NCBI GenBank assembly: GCA_012837425.1
Contig: DURE01000040.1
Span: forward strand, 15,099 to 79,098
Reading direction: 5' to 3'
Source: Clostridiales bacterium
GTDB lineage: Bacteria; Bacillota; Clostridia; Oscillospirales; CAG-272
Length of the DNA stretch: 64,000 bases
Under the pieces are notes generated by a model. The model was not told the DNA's origin, searched no databases, and saw nothing but the letters and a program-made list of their open reading frames with translations. Below are positions 45,318 to 54,455 of the stretch, one piece after another. Made by a program: the position numbers and the translations under genes. Position 1 is the stretch's first letter. Each line of letters starts with the position of its first letter.

Positions 45318-46874
45318 ATGGACAATCCTGTAGTGGTAGGCTTAGTCATCGGCGCCGCACTTGTGCTTGGAGTCATAGTCGGGATCATCATCGGAATAGC
45401 CTACCGAAAAAAGGTGGCCGAAGCCGCCATCGGCTCTGCCGAGGTCAAAGCCCAGAGAATTGTCGAGGAAGCGACAAAGCAGGCCGAAACTCTGAAAAAG
45501 GAAGCTCTTCTTGAAGCGAAGGAAGAAATCCTCCGCATCAGAAACGAATCCGAACGCGAAATCAAGGAACGCAGGGGCGAAGTTGCCCGAATGGAAAGGC
45601 GACTGACCCAAAAGGAAGAAGCCCTCGATAAAAAAACCGAGAATCTTGAACGGAGAACCGAGCTGCTCGAAAAAAAGCTTCACGACATCAACATTTTGCA
45701 CGAGCAGGTTGAGGAGGAGTTGGCAAAGCACGTCAAGGTGCTCGAGCAGTTATCCGGGCTAACCTCAGCAGAAGCCAGAGAGGAGCTGCTAAGGCGTGTC
45801 GAGGCTGAAATGAAGGACGAGCTCGGCCAGAGGATGATTGAGCTGGAGGAGCAATTCAAAGAGGACGCCGACACCAAGGCCAGAAATATTATCTCACTCG
45901 CAGTTCAGCGCTATGCAGCCGACCAGGTGGCCGAAACGGCAATCTCGGTGGTGCCCCTGCCCACAGAGGAGATGAAGGGCAGAATTATAGGCCGGGAGGG
46001 CAGAAACATCCAAAAGCTTGAAACGCTCACCGGTGTCGAGCTGATTATCGACGACACACCCGAGGCCATTACCCTTTCGGGATTTGACCCGGTACGGCGT
46101 GAGGTAGCAAGGCTGGCGCTTGAGAAGCTGATAGCCGACGGGCGGATTCACCCGGCACGCATCGAGGAGATGGTAGAGAAGGCCAAGCGCGAGGTCGACG
46201 CGGCTATAAAGCAGGCCGGAGAACGCGCAGTCTTCGAGGTAGGAGTTCACGGGCTCAATCCCGAGCTTGTAAGATTGCTTGGCAGACTGAGGTACAGGAC
46301 AAGCTACGGACAAAATGTACTCAAACACTCTGTCGAGGTTGCTTTCCTGGCTAGCATTATAGCCGATGAGCTGGGAGCAGACAGCGCTACCGCCAAGCGC
46401 GCGGGGCTGCTGCACGACATAGGCAAAGCCTTCCCGCACGACGTCGAAGGCTCACATGTACAGATAGGTGTAAACGCGGCAAGGAAATTCAAAGAATCAC
46501 GAGATGTAATCCACGCTATTGAAGCGCATCACAACGATGTGGAACCCGAAACGATAATCGCTGTTATAGTTCAGGCCGCAGACGCAATCTCAGCCGCAAG
46601 GCCGGGCGCGCGCCGCGAGGACCTTGAGAGCTATATAAAGCGGCTTGAAAAGCTTGAGGAAATAGCACTCGGCTTTGAGGGCATCGAGAAGGCATACGCG
46701 ATTCAGGCCGGCCGCGAAATCCGCGTCATGGTCAAGCCGGAAGAAGTCAGCGATGACGCTATGAAGGTCATAGCGCGGGATATGGCAAACAAAATCAAAG
46801 GCGAGGTTAAATATCCCGGACAGATTAAAATCAATCTAATTCGCGAGAGCCGCGCCGTAGACTATGCAACATAG
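45318..46874 (+). CDS. rny: Ribonuclease Y
   Basis: N-terminal TM helix, coiled coil, KH domain ([15 protein letters not shown]), and HD domain (LLHDIGKA...HH). RBS AAGGAGG. Confidence 0.9.
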   Translation: MDNPVVVGLVIGAALVLGVIVGIIIGIAYRKKVAEAAIGSAEVKAQRIVEEATKQAETLKKEALLEAKEEILRIRNESEREIKERRGEVARMERRLTQKEEALDKKTENLERRTELLEKKLHDINILHEQVEEELAKHVKVLEQLSGLTSAEAREELLRRVEAEMKDELGQRMIELEEQFKEDADTKARNIISLAVQRYAADQVAETAISVVPLPTEEMKGRIIGREGRNIQKLETLTGVELIIDDTPEAITLSGFDPVRREVARLALEKLIADGRIHPARIEEMVEKAKREVDAAIKQAGERAVFEVGVHGLNPELVRLLGRLRYRTSYGQNVLKHSVEVAFLASIIADELGADSATAKRAGLLHDIGKAFPHDVEGSHVQIGVNAARKFKESRDVIHAIEAHHNDVEPETIIAVIVQAADAISAARPGARREDLESYIKRLEKLEEIALGFEGIEKAYAIQAGREIRVMVKPEEVSDDAMKVIARDMANKIKGEVKYPGQIKINLIRESRAVDYAT

Positions 46875-47023
46875 TCAAACTCAGTAATAATCTTTCTCCT
46901 GAAGGATGTATATAGAGCAAACATAAAACCCCGCAGGTATCAATAACGGCAAATGCCGTTTTGATTATAGATTTATTGAGTTTATGGGCTGCCGCCGTCC
47001 GTCGGCAGCCCTGAAAAATTTCA

Positions 47024-47047
47024 GCGCCGCAAAGCGGCGCTTTTTTT
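47024..47047 (+). terminator. Strong rho-independent terminator after rny, last of three consecutive hairpins
   Basis: GCGCCGC-aaa-GCGGCGC followed by TTTTTTT. It is preceded by hairpins at 46945-46960 and 46986-47011. Confidence 0.75.
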
Positions 47048-47256
47048 ATGCAGCAAATTGCATATTCTGGCTATTTTATCCCACAATATAATAATGCCTG
47101 CTCACAAAAACCGGGGAGAGTGTCCCTGTACCTGCTGGACGCAGTGGTAACACCAGAGAGCATCGTGACTTTTGCTATGCCGGGCGCCTGAAATGGTGGC
47201 TCTGTTCCCGGGTGTCGGGCGCGGTCCGAAACAAGTATAGCGAGGGGGATATATTT

Positions 47257-48582
47257 ATGTCAGTTTTAACGTCACCGGCAGCACAGACCGGCATGATGAA
47301 GCGCATAGGTCGCGCGCTGATGCTGCCTTTGGCAATTCTGCCGGTGGCCGGCCTGTTGCTCGGTGTCGGCCGGACATTTACCGACAGCGCGATAATCGGG
47401 CATAACGACCTGCTCACAAATATCGGTCCGGGGAGTGCGGCGCACGCGATATTTTGGGTCATGGCGAGGGTGGGCACGGCGATATTTGCCAACCTTCCGC
47501 TTATATTTGCCATAGGTGTAGCGCAGGGGCTGGCCGACGACGAGAAGGGCGCCGCGGCGCTCTCGGCGGCGGTGGCCTTTTTTGTCATGCACACGACAAT
47601 TGCGGCGTTGCTGCAGTTGAGCGGCAAAACCGCCGACGGCTCGCTGCCCGACGGGGCGCTTGTCGAGGTCTTCGGCGCCAGGACGCTCGACATGGGCATT
47701 TTCGGGGGTATTATTGTCGGGCTGGGGGTCGCAAGGCTCCACAACAAATATCGCGCGGGACAGCAAAGGCCGCTTTCCTTTTTTGGCGGGGTGCGGTCGG
47801 TTCCTATTATTGCGTCAGGGGTGTATATCGCCATCGGCGTGCTGACCTTTTTTGTCTGGCCGCTGGCAGCCGAGGCGGCATACGCGCTGGGGAGGCTGGT
47901 TGTAAGGGCAGATAACGGCGGGGTAATGCTCTACGGCTTTCTTGAGCGCCTGCTCAGGCCGCTGGGGCTTGAGCAGGTGTTTGTACTGCCATTTGAAGAG
48001 ACTAGTGTAGGGGGCATAGCTCTTATCGACGGGGTAAAGTATTACGGGCTCAAAAACATCTTCCTTGCTGAGTTTAACTCGCCCTCGATAAACACAATAT
48101 CGCCAAATACCACAAGATACATGAGCGGACTGTATCCGTTTGTTATGTTCGGCCTGCCCGGCGTGGCGCTGGCCATGTATCTCTCTGCCGACAAGAGAAA
48201 AAAGGCTGCCGGGGGTTTTCTTTTCCTCGCCTCGCTGGCCGCAATAATTGCCGGGGTGACCGAGCCGCTCGAGTACACCTTTTTATTCGCGGCGCCGGTG
48301 CTCTATCTTGTTCACTGCATTTTTGCCGGAGCCTCGTGTTTGATAACCTATATTCTGCGGACCGGGGTGGGGACAAGCTTCTCGGGCGGTTTTCTGGACT
48401 TGCTGTTTTTCGGAATCCTTGAGGGGAACGACAGGACCCGCTGGGTGATGATTCCGGTTGTCGGGGCGTTTTACTTCCTTATCTATTTCTTTTTCTTCAG
48501 TTGGATTATCAGAAGATACGAGCCGGCACCCGACGTTAAGGAGGAAAAGAAAGACCTGTCGAAGGTTTCCGATAAGGCCTGA
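47257..48582 (+). CDS. PTS EIIC component (glucose/N-acetylglucosamine/maltose family), stand-alone
   Basis: MKRIGRALMLPLAILPVAGLLLGVG and GIFGGIIVG are typical of Glc-family EIIC. No EIIB Cys motif and no EIIA domain are present in the protein or nearby. RBS GAGGGGG. Confidence 0.8.
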   Translation: MSVLTSPAAQTGMMKRIGRALMLPLAILPVAGLLLGVGRTFTDSAIIGHNDLLTNIGPGSAAHAIFWVMARVGTAIFANLPLIFAIGVAQGLADDEKGAAALSAAVAFFVMHTTIAALLQLSGKTADGSLPDGALVEVFGARTLDMGIFGGIIVGLGVARLHNKYRAGQQRPLSFFGGVRSVPIIASGVYIAIGVLTFFVWPLAAEAAYALGRLVVRADNGGVMLYGFLERLLRPLGLEQVFVLPFEETSVGGIALIDGVKYYGLKNIFLAEFNSPSINTISPNTTRYMSGLYPFVMFGLPGVALAMYLSADKRKKAAGGFLFLASLAAIIAGVTEPLEYTFLFAAPVLYLVHCIFAGASCLITYILRTGVGTSFSGGFLDLLFFGILEGNDRTRWVMIPVVGAFYFLIYFFFFSWIIRRYEPAPDVKEEKKDLSKVSDKA

Positions 48583-48618
48583 ATTGACGGGTCGGCGAAA
48601 ATCGGCAAAAATACAATA

Positions 48619-48647
48619 TTGACAAAACCGGTCCGATGTGTTATCAT
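48619..48647 (+). promoter_or_regulatory. Sigma-A type promoter upstream of tRNA-Arg
   Basis: TTGACA (48619-48624), 17 nt, TATCAT (48642-48647). Confidence 0.55.
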
Positions 48648-48727
48648 AACTAAGCAGCCAAAAAACACCCGGGTGCCGGCACATACGGCCGCCTCGGGGC
48701 GCGGGTTTTTGCGTTGCAAAGGCCGTT

Positions 48728-48804
48728 GCGGCGTTAGCTCAGTTGGATAGAGTGATTGGCTACGAACCAATAGGCCAGGGGTTCGAGTCCCTTACGCCGC
48801 GCCA
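48728..48804 (+). tRNA. tRNA-Arg (anticodon ACG), CCA encoded
   Basis: Folded manually. Acceptor GCGGCGT/ACGCCGC, D stem GCTC/GAGT, anticodon stem ATTGG/CCAAT with loop CTACGAA, T stem AGGGG/CCCTT with loop TTCGAGT, discriminator G, then CCA. Confidence 0.9.
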
Positions 48805-48847
48805 AGAGCCCTGTCAACCGCTTTTAGCGGCTGGCAGGGCTCTTTTT
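48805..48847 (+). terminator. Rho-independent terminator after tRNA-Arg
   Basis: AGAGCCCTGTCAACCGC-tttta-GCGGCTGGCAGGGCTCT followed by TTTT. Confidence 0.8.
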
Positions 48848-48875
48848 ATGAGGGTGTTTTGCAGCGGCAGGCTTA

Positions 48876-51623
48876 TTACTCGGGTGTGCTGACCTGCGCG
48901 GCTATGAAGGCCTTTAAGGCCTCCGCTATCCCGGCTGCTGCAGACAACACCGCCGGGTCGGGCGAGGTGTGGGCACCTATCGCTGCGAGCAGCCCGAGTA
49001 GCCGTGTCCGGTCGGTCTCAACCTGCCGGGCATAGTCGGGGATGTAGTCGACAACCGCCCGCACACCGAGCGGCGACGGCAGGTATTCTCTCGATACCCC
49101 GTCGTATATGACAAGCTCCTCGTCTCCGCCGGTCGCAACCCGGTAGGAGTCCGGCTCGCTTATGTCTGTAATCTCGGCCTCGGCCCTCTCGTAGTAAACG
49201 GTAAGGCTGCTGACCTCCCTTGAAAGTGTCAGTGTGTTCCCCGTAATGCTTCCGATGTCCCCCTCGGCGCAGAGATAGGCCGTCCCGGATTTTGCTCCGG
49301 CAAGGGCTACCGCCCCGCCGGCAGGTCCGCTTATTGTCTGGGAGGCAACTTTCCGGCAGAGCCTCCGGTTCTCAAGGTCAAGCAGGTCGGCGACCCCGCT
49401 TGGCAGCCGGCTTAGCTCGTAATTCTGCGACAGGCAGAGCTCCGAAACAAACTGGTTGTCGGCCGTGCCACAACTCCTGATCCCGCCGACTGATGCATTG
49501 TGCAGTCCCCGCCCGTGATATACATCGCCGAGCAGCCTGTCAAGCTCGGCTACCGTGAAGTCCTTGAGCCCGAGTTGTGTCAGGTCATACACGGCAAAGC
49601 TGCCTGTCTTAATTACATCGGGCATAAGCTCAAGCGAGACGGTAATTTCAGCCCCGTTTGCCGGCGAGCCTGAAACCGAGCCGGTTATGCCGTAATCCGA
49701 CAGCTCAACCTTGGTGCCGTCCTCGAATGTCCAGCCAACACCGCTGACGTATGTAAACACATAGTCTCCGCGCCTGGCCGCGGAGCCGAGCGCGCCGGCA
49801 AATTCAGCGGCGTTTACCGAAATGTCCGAAAGCCCGGTCTTGCCTGAGGCGGCAAGTAAGGCTGTGGCCTCCTTTGCAAATGGATATGTGAACCTGACCG
49901 TGATGGTCGAGCCCTGGCGCGCCTGCTCTGTTGAGCCCGGTTTCCAGGCTGAAATTATGCCGAAATCTGCCGGTTCCACGCCCGGATGGCCGCTTGTGTG
50001 GCGCCACTCGTAGTTGTTGTAGACAAAGGTATAATCCCCGCTTGAAGCCGGGGAGTGAGCCTTTATGCGGCGGGAGAATCTCTCGGCGTCAACCGACGCC
50101 CAGCCCACCTCCCCTGTGTAGGATATGCTTGCCGTCACCCGGCGCAGGTCCCGTACACCGACGCGGCCGAGACCGGTTTCGGTAGCGTCAAAGCTGCCGC
50201 TCACGCGCTGCCAGTCGTTTAAGCCGGCGCTGCCCAACTCCTGTTCGGCACCGCCGGCACCGGCAAACAGAATTATGCCGGAGGCGGGTGCCGGGCTCTT
50301 TATTTTGGCGCTGACATAATACCTGCGACCGGATATGAAGTTGAAAGCTCTCGACACCTGAGCCGGTTCCTCCTGGGCAGAGGACTCCTCCACCACCCGG
50401 ACAACAAACGCGGCAATTTCGTCATAATAATCGGGGTCGTCAAACACCCTGACAGTCGTCGTCCCGATAGCAAGGCCGCAAAGCTCCCAGCCCTCGCCCG
50501 AGGACAGTTCGGTGACACTTATAATTTCGGGGTTGTCGGCCACGCAGGTCTGCATGCTCGTGTCGTAGCCGTCAAGCCCGACAGTTTGCCCGACCTCAAG
50601 TGTGTAATCGGCCTCGGCTCCTGCGCTCTTCTCAGGAATATTAGGGGTGAGCGAGCAGACATTATCCTCAGCCAGCGCAGTTCCGCCCGACACCTCCCAG
50701 CCGGTCATATCGGTAAAATTGCCGTTTTCAAGCAGTTGGACCACGCTCATGCCGGATATGCTCCTTACCCGGGCAAATGCCAGCTCGCACTCGCGCTCGC
50801 CCCCGGCACTTTTGCGGCACAACAGTATACTATCGGTCACAATCCGGCGCGCTGGGCTGAGGTTTTTGGCAAAGCCGGCTACAAGCCCCGCGCATTCGCC
50901 CGAGAGCGGGGCATATTGCAAGTCGTGGTTGTGCACTGAGGGGGCATAGCTTGAGTCGTGATTGTGCCCGGCCGGGGCGTATGTACCGCTGTGATTATGT
51001 GAGGCATCTGCCTTTCCGGCAAGGGCGGCATACACTCCGCCCGAGGTGATGCCCCTTGTACTTCCGGTTATCGGTGTGCTGTCAAGTACGGGTTTATTTT
51101 TAATGTAGTCGCAGGCAGAGCTGTCGGTCTGCGCCCAGTCGGGCTGAACGTTTGCCTGTGCCCCGCACTCAATGCCGGCAAGCTTTAGCCTCTCGGCGTC
51201 GGTATAGTCATTTGAGGACAACCCCATGCCCGGAACCGCTTCGATCTTGCTCTCAAGCATTCCCATAATCTGCGAAAACTGGCTCGGAGTCGGAGCAAGC
51301 GCGGTGTTTTCAACAGGCACGCTGGTCTCAAGCACGCGGATAAGCCCCTCGGCGGTTATGAGCACCTTTTCGTCTTTATATCCGCTGACTACGAATTTGG
51401 TGGTTCCGCTGCAGCTCATGACCTCAGCCGGTATGCAGAAGGGCTCACCGGTATAAATTATTGCTACCGGGTCGCCCTCGGGGGGATAAAAGCTGACAGA
51501 TACCGCCAGCCCCTCCCACTCACGGCTCAGCTCAAAATCAAGCTGCTCAATGCCGTAGCTGCCTTTGGTTCCGGCCACAAATCTCCCCGGAACCAGGACG
51601 TAATTATCAACCTTAATTATCAC
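48876..51623 (-). CDS. Phage tail-fibre / receptor-binding-like protein, orphan
   Basis: 915 aa with a GTG start and RBS GAAGG. N-terminal BppU-like beta domain. Tail-fibre motif SSNDYTDAERLKLAGIE...PDWAQTD. Three HxH triads SHNHSGTYAPAGHNHDSSYAPSVHNHD. A Big_2-like segment. No signal peptide. Confidence 0.6.
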   Translation of the reverse strand: MIIKVDNYVLVPGRFVAGTKGSYGIEQLDFELSREWEGLAVSVSFYPPEGDPVAIIYTGEPFCIPAEVMSCSGTTKFVVSGYKDEKVLITAEGLIRVLETSVPVENTALAPTPSQFSQIMGMLESKIEAVPGMGLSSNDYTDAERLKLAGIECGAQANVQPDWAQTDSSACDYIKNKPVLDSTPITGSTRGITSGGVYAALAGKADASHNHSGTYAPAGHNHDSSYAPSVHNHDLQYAPLSGECAGLVAGFAKNLSPARRIVTDSILLCRKSAGGERECELAFARVRSISGMSVVQLLENGNFTDMTGWEVSGGTALAEDNVCSLTPNIPEKSAGAEADYTLEVGQTVGLDGYDTSMQTCVADNPEIISVTELSSGEGWELCGLAIGTTTVRVFDDPDYYDEIAAFVVRVVEESSAQEEPAQVSRAFNFISGRRYYVSAKIKSPAPASGIILFAGAGGAEQELGSAGLNDWQRVSGSFDATETGLGRVGVRDLRRVTASISYTGEVGWASVDAERFSRRIKAHSPASSGDYTFVYNNYEWRHTSGHPGVEPADFGIISAWKPGSTEQARQGSTITVRFTYPFAKEATALLAASGKTGLSDISVNAAEFAGALGSAARRGDYVFTYVSGVGWTFEDGTKVELSDYGITGSVSGSPANGAEITVSLELMPDVIKTGSFAVYDLTQLGLKDFTVAELDRLLGDVYHGRGLHNASVGGIRSCGTADNQFVSELCLSQNYELSRLPSGVADLLDLENRRLCRKVASQTISGPAGGAVALAGAKSGTAYLCAEGDIGSITGNTLTLSREVSSLTVYYERAEAEITDISEPDSYRVATGGDEELVIYDGVSREYLPSPLGVRAVVDYIPDYARQVETDRTRLLGLLAAIGAHTSPDPAVLSAAAGIAEALKAFIAAQVSTPE

Positions 51624-51709
51624 TTGAGCCTTCTTTCAGGCGCTATTTGTTATCCCGGTAGAATTATAATACCCTAATGCCGGCCTGTGGCTGACAGGTT
51701 TCCGTCAGT

Positions 51710-51763
51710 GCAAAAGGGCGGGGCGGAGGCCCACAAAAAACGGGGGCAGGGCCCCCGCAAAAT
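51710..51763 (+). repeat. Intergenic hairpin repeat family, copy E (partial); doubles as terminator of the oxidoreductase gene
   Basis: GGGCGGGGCGGAGGCCCACA...GGGGGCAGGGCCCCCGCAAAA parallels the GGGGCGGAGTCCCACA...GGGGGCAGAGCCCCTGCA part of the family. On the minus strand the GGGGGC/GCCCCC hairpin is followed by TTTTTT. Confidence 0.5.
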
Positions 51764-51766
51764 TAT

Positions 51767-52831
51767 TCAGCAATCGCTGAAATCAATCGGACGCCTGAGT
51801 CTGTCAGACTCAAACGCAGCCTCCATTATCTTCATTACCCGCATTACCTGGGGGTGGGTCACAATCTGCTTTTCGCGCCCGTCAATTGCGGCGACGAAAT
51901 TCCGGTAAAAGTTGTGAACATCAGACTCGGGGCGGGGAATAAAGCGCTCGGCGAGGGTTCTTTCGTCGCGGGGCGCCATGGTCCTGGTGATTCCCGCGGC
52001 GGTTATCACCGGGGTCACATTCTGCTCGTCCCGGTTTCGGCAGGACACGACGCGGCACTCGTCGCGCCAGTCGCCAATAATAGCCGACCCGTCGGTGCCG
52101 GTTATGTAAAACCGCGGCATCGAAATAAAGTTGCTGGTCCCGACCTCTATAAGCGCGACAAGCCCGCCTTCGAAGTAAAGCTCAAGGCGAAAGCCGTCGT
52201 CTACCTCATGGTTTGTTATATGGCTCAGGCGGCAGTACAAGCGCTCAATCCTCCGGTCAAAAACAATGCCGAGCATCTGGTCGATAAGGTGGACTCCCCA
52301 GTCAAGCAGCATTCCGCCGCCGTGCTCGCGTTGTCCTCTCCAGTCGCCGGGAATTCCGCGCGAGCCGTGAATGCGCGACTCAATGGAGGTGACCTCACCG
52401 AGCAACCCTTCGGCGTAAACCTGCTTTATCATAAGATAATCGCAGTCCCAACGGCGGTTCTGGTGCACGGTAAAGAGCCTTTGGTATTTTGTCGAGGCGT
52501 CAATCATGTCTTTCAGGTCGGCGCTTGAGACGGTTACCGGCTTCTCGCATATCACATGCTTGCCGGCACTCAGCGCGGCTATAGTCTGCGGCTTGTGCAG
52601 GTCATTTGGCGTGGCGATTACCACAATATCAACCGTGTTATCGGCCAGCAGTTCCTCAAGCGAACTGTAAACATGGATATGATTTTCGCTGGCAAGCGCG
52701 CAGCGCTCAGACCTGATATCATAAATTCCGGCGGGCTGGACGACGTCGCTGCTCTGAATATGGCGGATATGCCATGACCCCATTGACCCATAACCCACCA
52801 CGGCAGCTCTTTTTTTGGTATTGTTGCTCAT
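51767..52831 (-). CDS. Gfo/Idh/MocA family oxidoreductase
   Basis: N-terminal Rossmann AAVVGYGSMGSWH, EKP motif ICEKPV, and a C-terminal alpha/beta domain. Confidence 0.85.
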   Translation of the reverse strand: MSNNTKKRAAVVGYGSMGSWHIRHIQSSDVVQPAGIYDIRSERCALASENHIHVYSSLEELLADNTVDIVVIATPNDLHKPQTIAALSAGKHVICEKPVTVSSADLKDMIDASTKYQRLFTVHQNRRWDCDYLMIKQVYAEGLLGEVTSIESRIHGSRGIPGDWRGQREHGGGMLLDWGVHLIDQMLGIVFDRRIERLYCRLSHITNHEVDDGFRLELYFEGGLVALIEVGTSNFISMPRFYITGTDGSAIIGDWRDECRVVSCRNRDEQNVTPVITAAGITRTMAPRDERTLAERFIPRPESDVHNFYRNFVAAIDGREKQIVTHPQVMRVMKIMEAAFESDRLRRPIDFSDC

Positions 52832-52983
52832 GTTAAATTCCTTTTTTAATAGACAATAATCCCAGCTACATTATATGACTAAAAACACGAAATATCAAGA
52901 CACAATTAGGTGAAAACAAGACAAAAATTGCTCCCGGGTTTAGTCGCAATAGGCCTACAATCAAAAGCAGTCCGGCAAAATGA

Positions 52984-53012
52984 TTAAAAGTAAATCACTT
53001 CCATGGTATAAT
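52984..53012 (+). promoter_or_regulatory. Extended -10 promoter for the serpin gene
   Basis: TTAAAA (52984-52989), 17 nt, TATAAT (53007-53012), with TG at 53004-53005. Confidence 0.5.
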
Positions 53013-53107
53013 ATATTTGGTGGCAAAATTCTGACCGACGGAACTTTGGCGGCGCTTGTGCGTCTTGATAAGTAGGATTTGCATTATATTGATAGGAAGG
53101 CTCGATT

Positions 53108-54406
53108 ATGAAAAAATATCTCAGAATTCCCGCGCTGGCCTTATTGGCAGCGGTTCTGCTCAGCATTTCGGCCTGCTCGGGGAGCGGCATCAAAATTCCG
53201 GATGAAACGCTAGCTCCGAGTAGCACAATTTCTGTCGGGCCGGGCATAACCCTGCTCAGCGCGAACACCGGCGTGCAGCGTGAGGCGGCAGGCAAACTTG
53301 ACGCCGACAATGTGCGCGCTACGGCAGATTTTGCGCTCGATTTGCTGAGGGAGGCCACCGAAAAAAACAAGAATGAGCTTATCTCCCCGCTCTCGGTTAT
53401 GCTGGCGCTTGCCATGACCGCAAACGGCGCATGGGGCGAGACCCGCGCCGAGATGGAGGAGGTGCTCGGCATGAGCGTGGAGGAGCTCAACAGTTTTCTC
53501 AACTCGTATGTCCAGTCGCTGAAAAACACCGAGGACGCATCTCTTGTCGCCGCAAACTCGGTCTGGATAAGCAACGACCGCGGCTTCAGTGTCCGCTCGG
53601 ATTTTATCGAGAAGGTTGTCAGGTACTATGACGCCGGGATTGTCAGCGCCCCGTTTAACGACGAGAAGACGCTTGAAGCCATCAACAACTGGGTCAGCGA
53701 CAACACCGACGGGATGATTGAGAAAATATTAGACGAGCTTGACCACGAGGCTATCATGTTGCTTATCAATGCCCTGAGTTTCGATGCTTTCTGGCAGAAA
53801 AAATTTGAGGTGGAGGCACGCGACGGGCCATTCACCAATGCCGACGGCTCGACTATAACGGCGAAGTTCATGTCGGGCGCGGTGTCAGACTATATTTCAG
53901 GGTTCGGCTGCACCGGCTTTAAAAAGAATTATGCCGGCGGCGCTTACAGCTATGTTGCGCTGCTGCCCGAAAAAGGGAAGTCAACAAGCGACTTTCTTGC
54001 CTCGCTTGATGGCGATGATTTCCTTTCGCTTGTAAACAATTCTGTCAAAACCGGCGTCGAAATCAAAATGCCTAAATACACGCTCGACTATCAGCTTAAC
54101 ATGAACGATGTTTTAAAGAAGCTCGGAATGAAACAGGCCTTTGACGGCGGCAAGGCCGACTTCTCGGCACTCGGCAACATGGAGGGCGGGCAGAATATCT
54201 TTATCTCGCGTGTCGTTCATAAAACCCATATCGAGGTTGACGAGTCGGGGACCCGCGCGGCTGCGGTTACCGCGGTTGAAATGAAACCGACAAGCTTTCC
54301 GGTGTATGAAAAATCGGTAATTCTTGACCGGCCGTTTGTCTATGCGATAGTCGACAATGCGACCGGCATGCCGATATTTATCGGGACGGTTGAGAATCTC
54401 GGATAA
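53108..54406 (+). CDS. Serpin family protease inhibitor, lipoprotein
   Basis: Lipobox LLSISACSG. Serpin core (LSPLSVMLALAMTANGA, NALSFDAFWQKKF). Hinge/RCL ESGTRAAAVTAVEMKPTS. C-terminal LDRPFVYAIVDNATGMPIFIGTVENL. Confidence 0.85.
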   Translation: MKKYLRIPALALLAAVLLSISACSGSGIKIPDETLAPSSTISVGPGITLLSANTGVQREAAGKLDADNVRATADFALDLLREATEKNKNELISPLSVMLALAMTANGAWGETRAEMEEVLGMSVEELNSFLNSYVQSLKNTEDASLVAANSVWISNDRGFSVRSDFIEKVVRYYDAGIVSAPFNDEKTLEAINNWVSDNTDGMIEKILDELDHEAIMLLINALSFDAFWQKKFEVEARDGPFTNADGSTITAKFMSGAVSDYISGFGCTGFKKNYAGGAYSYVALLPEKGKSTSDFLASLDGDDFLSLVNNSVKTGVEIKMPKYTLDYQLNMNDVLKKLGMKQAFDGGKADFSALGNMEGGQNIFISRVVHKTHIEVDESGTRAAAVTAVEMKPTSFPVYEKSVILDRPFVYAIVDNATGMPIFIGTVENLG

Positions 54407-54414
54407 GCTAAAAT

Positions 54415-54449
54415 AAAGCGGCGCCGCAAACCATTGCGGCGCCGCTTTT
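54415..54449. terminator. Bidirectional terminator between the serpin gene and the convergent EPS genes
   Basis: AAAGCGGCGCCGCAA-acca-TTGCGGCGCCGCTTT. Confidence 0.75.
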
Positions 54450-54455
54450 CATTTA

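Noticed and set aside
47048-47256. RAT/terminator antitermination element or riboswitch upstream of the PTS EIIC gene
   Set aside because: I could not find the RAT consensus (GGATTGTTACTG...GCAGGCAAAACC-like) or any riboswitch core I know. It is kept only as an unexplained leader in the findings.
22932-51763. CRISPR array as an explanation for the recurring GC-rich repeats
   Set aside because: The copies are kilobases apart, in both orientations, of variable length and separated by genes. There are no regularly spaced spacers and no cas genes.
48728-51766. Intact prophage or integrative island at tRNA-Arg
   Set aside because: There is only one phage-like gene. There is no integrase or recombinase, no direct repeat of the tRNA 3' end, and housekeeping-type genes resume immediately on the far side.
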